A DNA stretch of 64,000 nt from Felis catus (taxonomy: Eukaryota), in contig NC_058368.1 in NCBI RefSeq assembly GCF_018350175.1, positions 107,758,001 to 107,822,000 of the forward strand, written 5' to 3'. The position numbers and the translations under genes were made by a program. Shown here in pieces: positions 61,550-64,000 of this stretch (positions are counted from its first letter, which is position 1; the number at the start of each line of letters is the position of its first letter). Under the pieces are notes generated by a model. The model did not search any database. It was not told the DNA's origin and worked only from the letters and a program-made list of their open reading frames with translations.

Positions 61550-61870
61550 TATCAGTCCAGATGACCTGGGTTATACTGTGTTAATGTTAACCTTCAGATA
61601 TCAGGGATTAAAATAGCAAAAGCTTATTTTTTTCTATTGCTACATGCCCATTTTGGTGTAGCTGGGATTTCTTCCCCACATCCTCCTCATTTTGGAGACT
61701 CACACTGACGGATCAGTCACTGTCTGGAAAGTAAGTAGGTGCTGTAGCCAGAGAAAGAAAGCATAGGTGGGTCTTAAACCAGCAAGTAAACATTCTAGCC
61801 TGGAGGTGACACCTGTCACTTCTACTCACAACTCATTGACCAGATGAGCTACAATCACTAGGGGTCTGGC
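61550..61870 (-). mobile_element. MLT1 LTR fragment
   Basis: 'atcagtccagatg..gggttatactgtg..aaaagcttattt..tggaggtgacacctgtcacttctactcacaactcattgaccaga'. Confidence 0.6.
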
Positions 61871-62330
61871 TCTAAGTTGAGTCTTACAGGTGGTCAGAAG
61901 GAAAGGAAGATGGGAGAAGGTTGTCAGTGAGAAACTCATTAGGCCTTCTGAAAGGCAAACCCTGGGTGCTATTCAACAATAAAGGATTTTATTTGGGCAA
62001 AGAGCCATGAGAGAAAACAGGAAGGGAGTTTGAGAGACAGCCTTCAGACTATAATGCACATCCTTCCCCGAATGAAGGAGAGAAAGAAAGAGCGGTCCAG
62101 GAACAGCTCCCAAGACTGTTAGGAAGTTCTAGAGGTAGTCAGTTGTCCTAGGAATCCTGTGTTTCTGAGGAATAAACCTGTTCTAGTGTCCTTGTCATGC
62201 TCAGTCATTGGTTGGGAGCAGCCCACGGCAAGTGCTGTCTCAGTATAAATGCAGCCATGGAATTCAAAGGACAGTAGTTCAAACCCTTGGCTACTTGGAG
62301 GTCTGCAGATGACATATTCTCATGGTAGCC
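61871..62330 (-). mobile_element. ERVL LTR (LTR33-like)
   Basis: 'catgctcagtcattggttgggagcagccc..tctcagtataaatgcagccatgga' recalls reverse LTR33. Confidence 0.5.
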
Positions 62331-64000
62331 AAAATAGCTCTGATGTCTATTTTTGGAGGAGGTGACAGAGTTTGTTTTATGCATATTCGATTTGAGATTA
62401 TGAAGCAGGGAGTTTAGATAAGAGCAGTAAAAGACAGCAGCTTTATTGTGATGATGCCTCACAGAAAAACGGTCAGTGGCATTTGCAGCTTAGACTGAAG
62501 CTCTGGGGTACTAATTTGAGAGCCATAAGAATAGAAATAGCAATTGAATTGATGAGAAATGAATTCACAACAGCCAAAATAAATTCCATAAATCCCTGAA
62601 TATAAATGAGCCTTAATGCAGTAGTGTTCCCTTGCACAAAATGTTGATCATGTGCCTGCAGTATGGGGGGACATCCTAGAGAGCTTGTCACATGCCTGCT
62701 TAGACAGGGGTAAACAAGTGTAAACAAAGAAGCTGAAATCGAACTTCCAGATTTTTAGGAGCCAAGAGGGGAGTGAGAAGCCACCAGAAAAGTATGCATT
62801 CACTCAAGTCGAGGGGACTATAAACGAGACTATCAGCAATGGAGAGCCTCTCCAAGTACCCAAAGCAAAGTCCCCAGAAAGAAAAAAGCAACTCTAACTC
62901 CTATCATGTAAAACTGTCTTCTCACAATATCAGTCAAGAGGGATATTCCCTGCCCATTACATCTTCCTCTCGTTTTGAACATGGTGGATAAGAAACTGTA
63001 ATTACTAGGTTGAGGGAGAAAGGCTGCAAACCGTAAGGTGGAGTAGGGAAAAGAGGCATAGCACTTCCTTCTCTTGCTTCCTGTCTGCCAAAGGCTCTAA
63101 TTAGAGGAGTGGAGGTTTAACCATAAATGCAGCTAGAAGCCTTATTACATTGGATTGGACATTTCAAATTCCAAATTACAATCTTATTTAAAATAACTCC
63201 AAGACTTTCTAGGACTTAAAGATGACCTTAAAAGCCATGGAATCTGTCTGTGCTTTTATTTAAGGACAGGGTAAGAACTAACCCCACTGAACAAATTTAT
63301 GCCAATATTGGGACATTGAGAGGTGCTTATTTTATAAATCTGTTACATAAAATGGCAGCATAAATAAGATCTGATGATTTGGGCAGCCGTGATTGCAGTT
63401 GTCTAAAGCTTCCAAGAAGGTGAAGTGTAGCAAATGCCTATTTCTGTAAGGAGATAGTATGCATAAGTGAAATTTCTTTCCAGATTAGGTAGCTAAATAT
63501 TGCCATATGTAATTCTTTTAATGGAAGATTTTTATCACTTGAATTTAAGTGTGACCTTAAAGTTATAAGAGATTATAAACTCTAGGCCATTGCCATACCT
63601 ACCTGTGCCCTAATGAACTTGAAACTAATCTCCATCTACCTTCATTTTCTTAGAGCCATAGAGTTTCTGCCACAGTCTTTGGCTAAAATGAATAACTAGA
63701 TACTGAGAACATAATGATGCACTAGATGATTTATTAATCACTGGGGAATGGCTTTTTATTAAAGCTAGTAGCTTGTCATTGCCGGGCATCATTTGGGTTT
63801 TAGTAACTCATTGTACTCTGCAAAAAGCCAGACACATTAGAATATTCTTGTAACCGGACTCAAGACCTAGGGTACTGAAAGAACAACAGCTCCCATTAGA
63901 GGATGATACCAGCTGTTAGCTGTTAGAGGAATTTCTGATTCTATCCAATAATTCTTCTGGCAGAAGTTGAGTAGTATAAGAATTGGAGTAGGGCTTTAGT

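Noticed and set aside
62650..63320. Possible additional ancient LTR fragment
   Set aside because: Resemblance too vague to assign a family or boundaries without a search

Overview
Mammalian (felid, most likely domestic cat or a close relative) AT-rich, non-coding genomic DNA dominated by transposable-element relics. It holds about 36 tRNA-derived carnivore SINEs (Can-SINE/SINEC_Fc type, several ages, most with readable target-site duplications), one near full-length but dead LINE-1 (~7455-14165; ORF1 and ORF2 broken), several 5'-truncated L1s, old L1M/L2/MIR fragments, MaLR/ERVL/ERV1 solo LTRs, a Charlie1-type hAT DNA transposon and several microsatellites. I found no host protein-coding exon, RNA gene or CRISPR-type structure that I can support. 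The ORF track is explained by L1 remnants, SINE read-through and chance. I see no evidence of a new biological system. The most notable observations concern retrotransposon mechanics: repeated re-use of the same target site (three loci), a zero-spacer inverted SINE pair, multi-level nesting, an apparent poly(A)-only insertion, a templated-insertion deletion scar, an unassigned TG..CA element and an unexplained ~256-bp inverted-repeat structure. Repeat family names come from recall of consensus motifs, not database searches, and the boundaries of old repeats are approximate.
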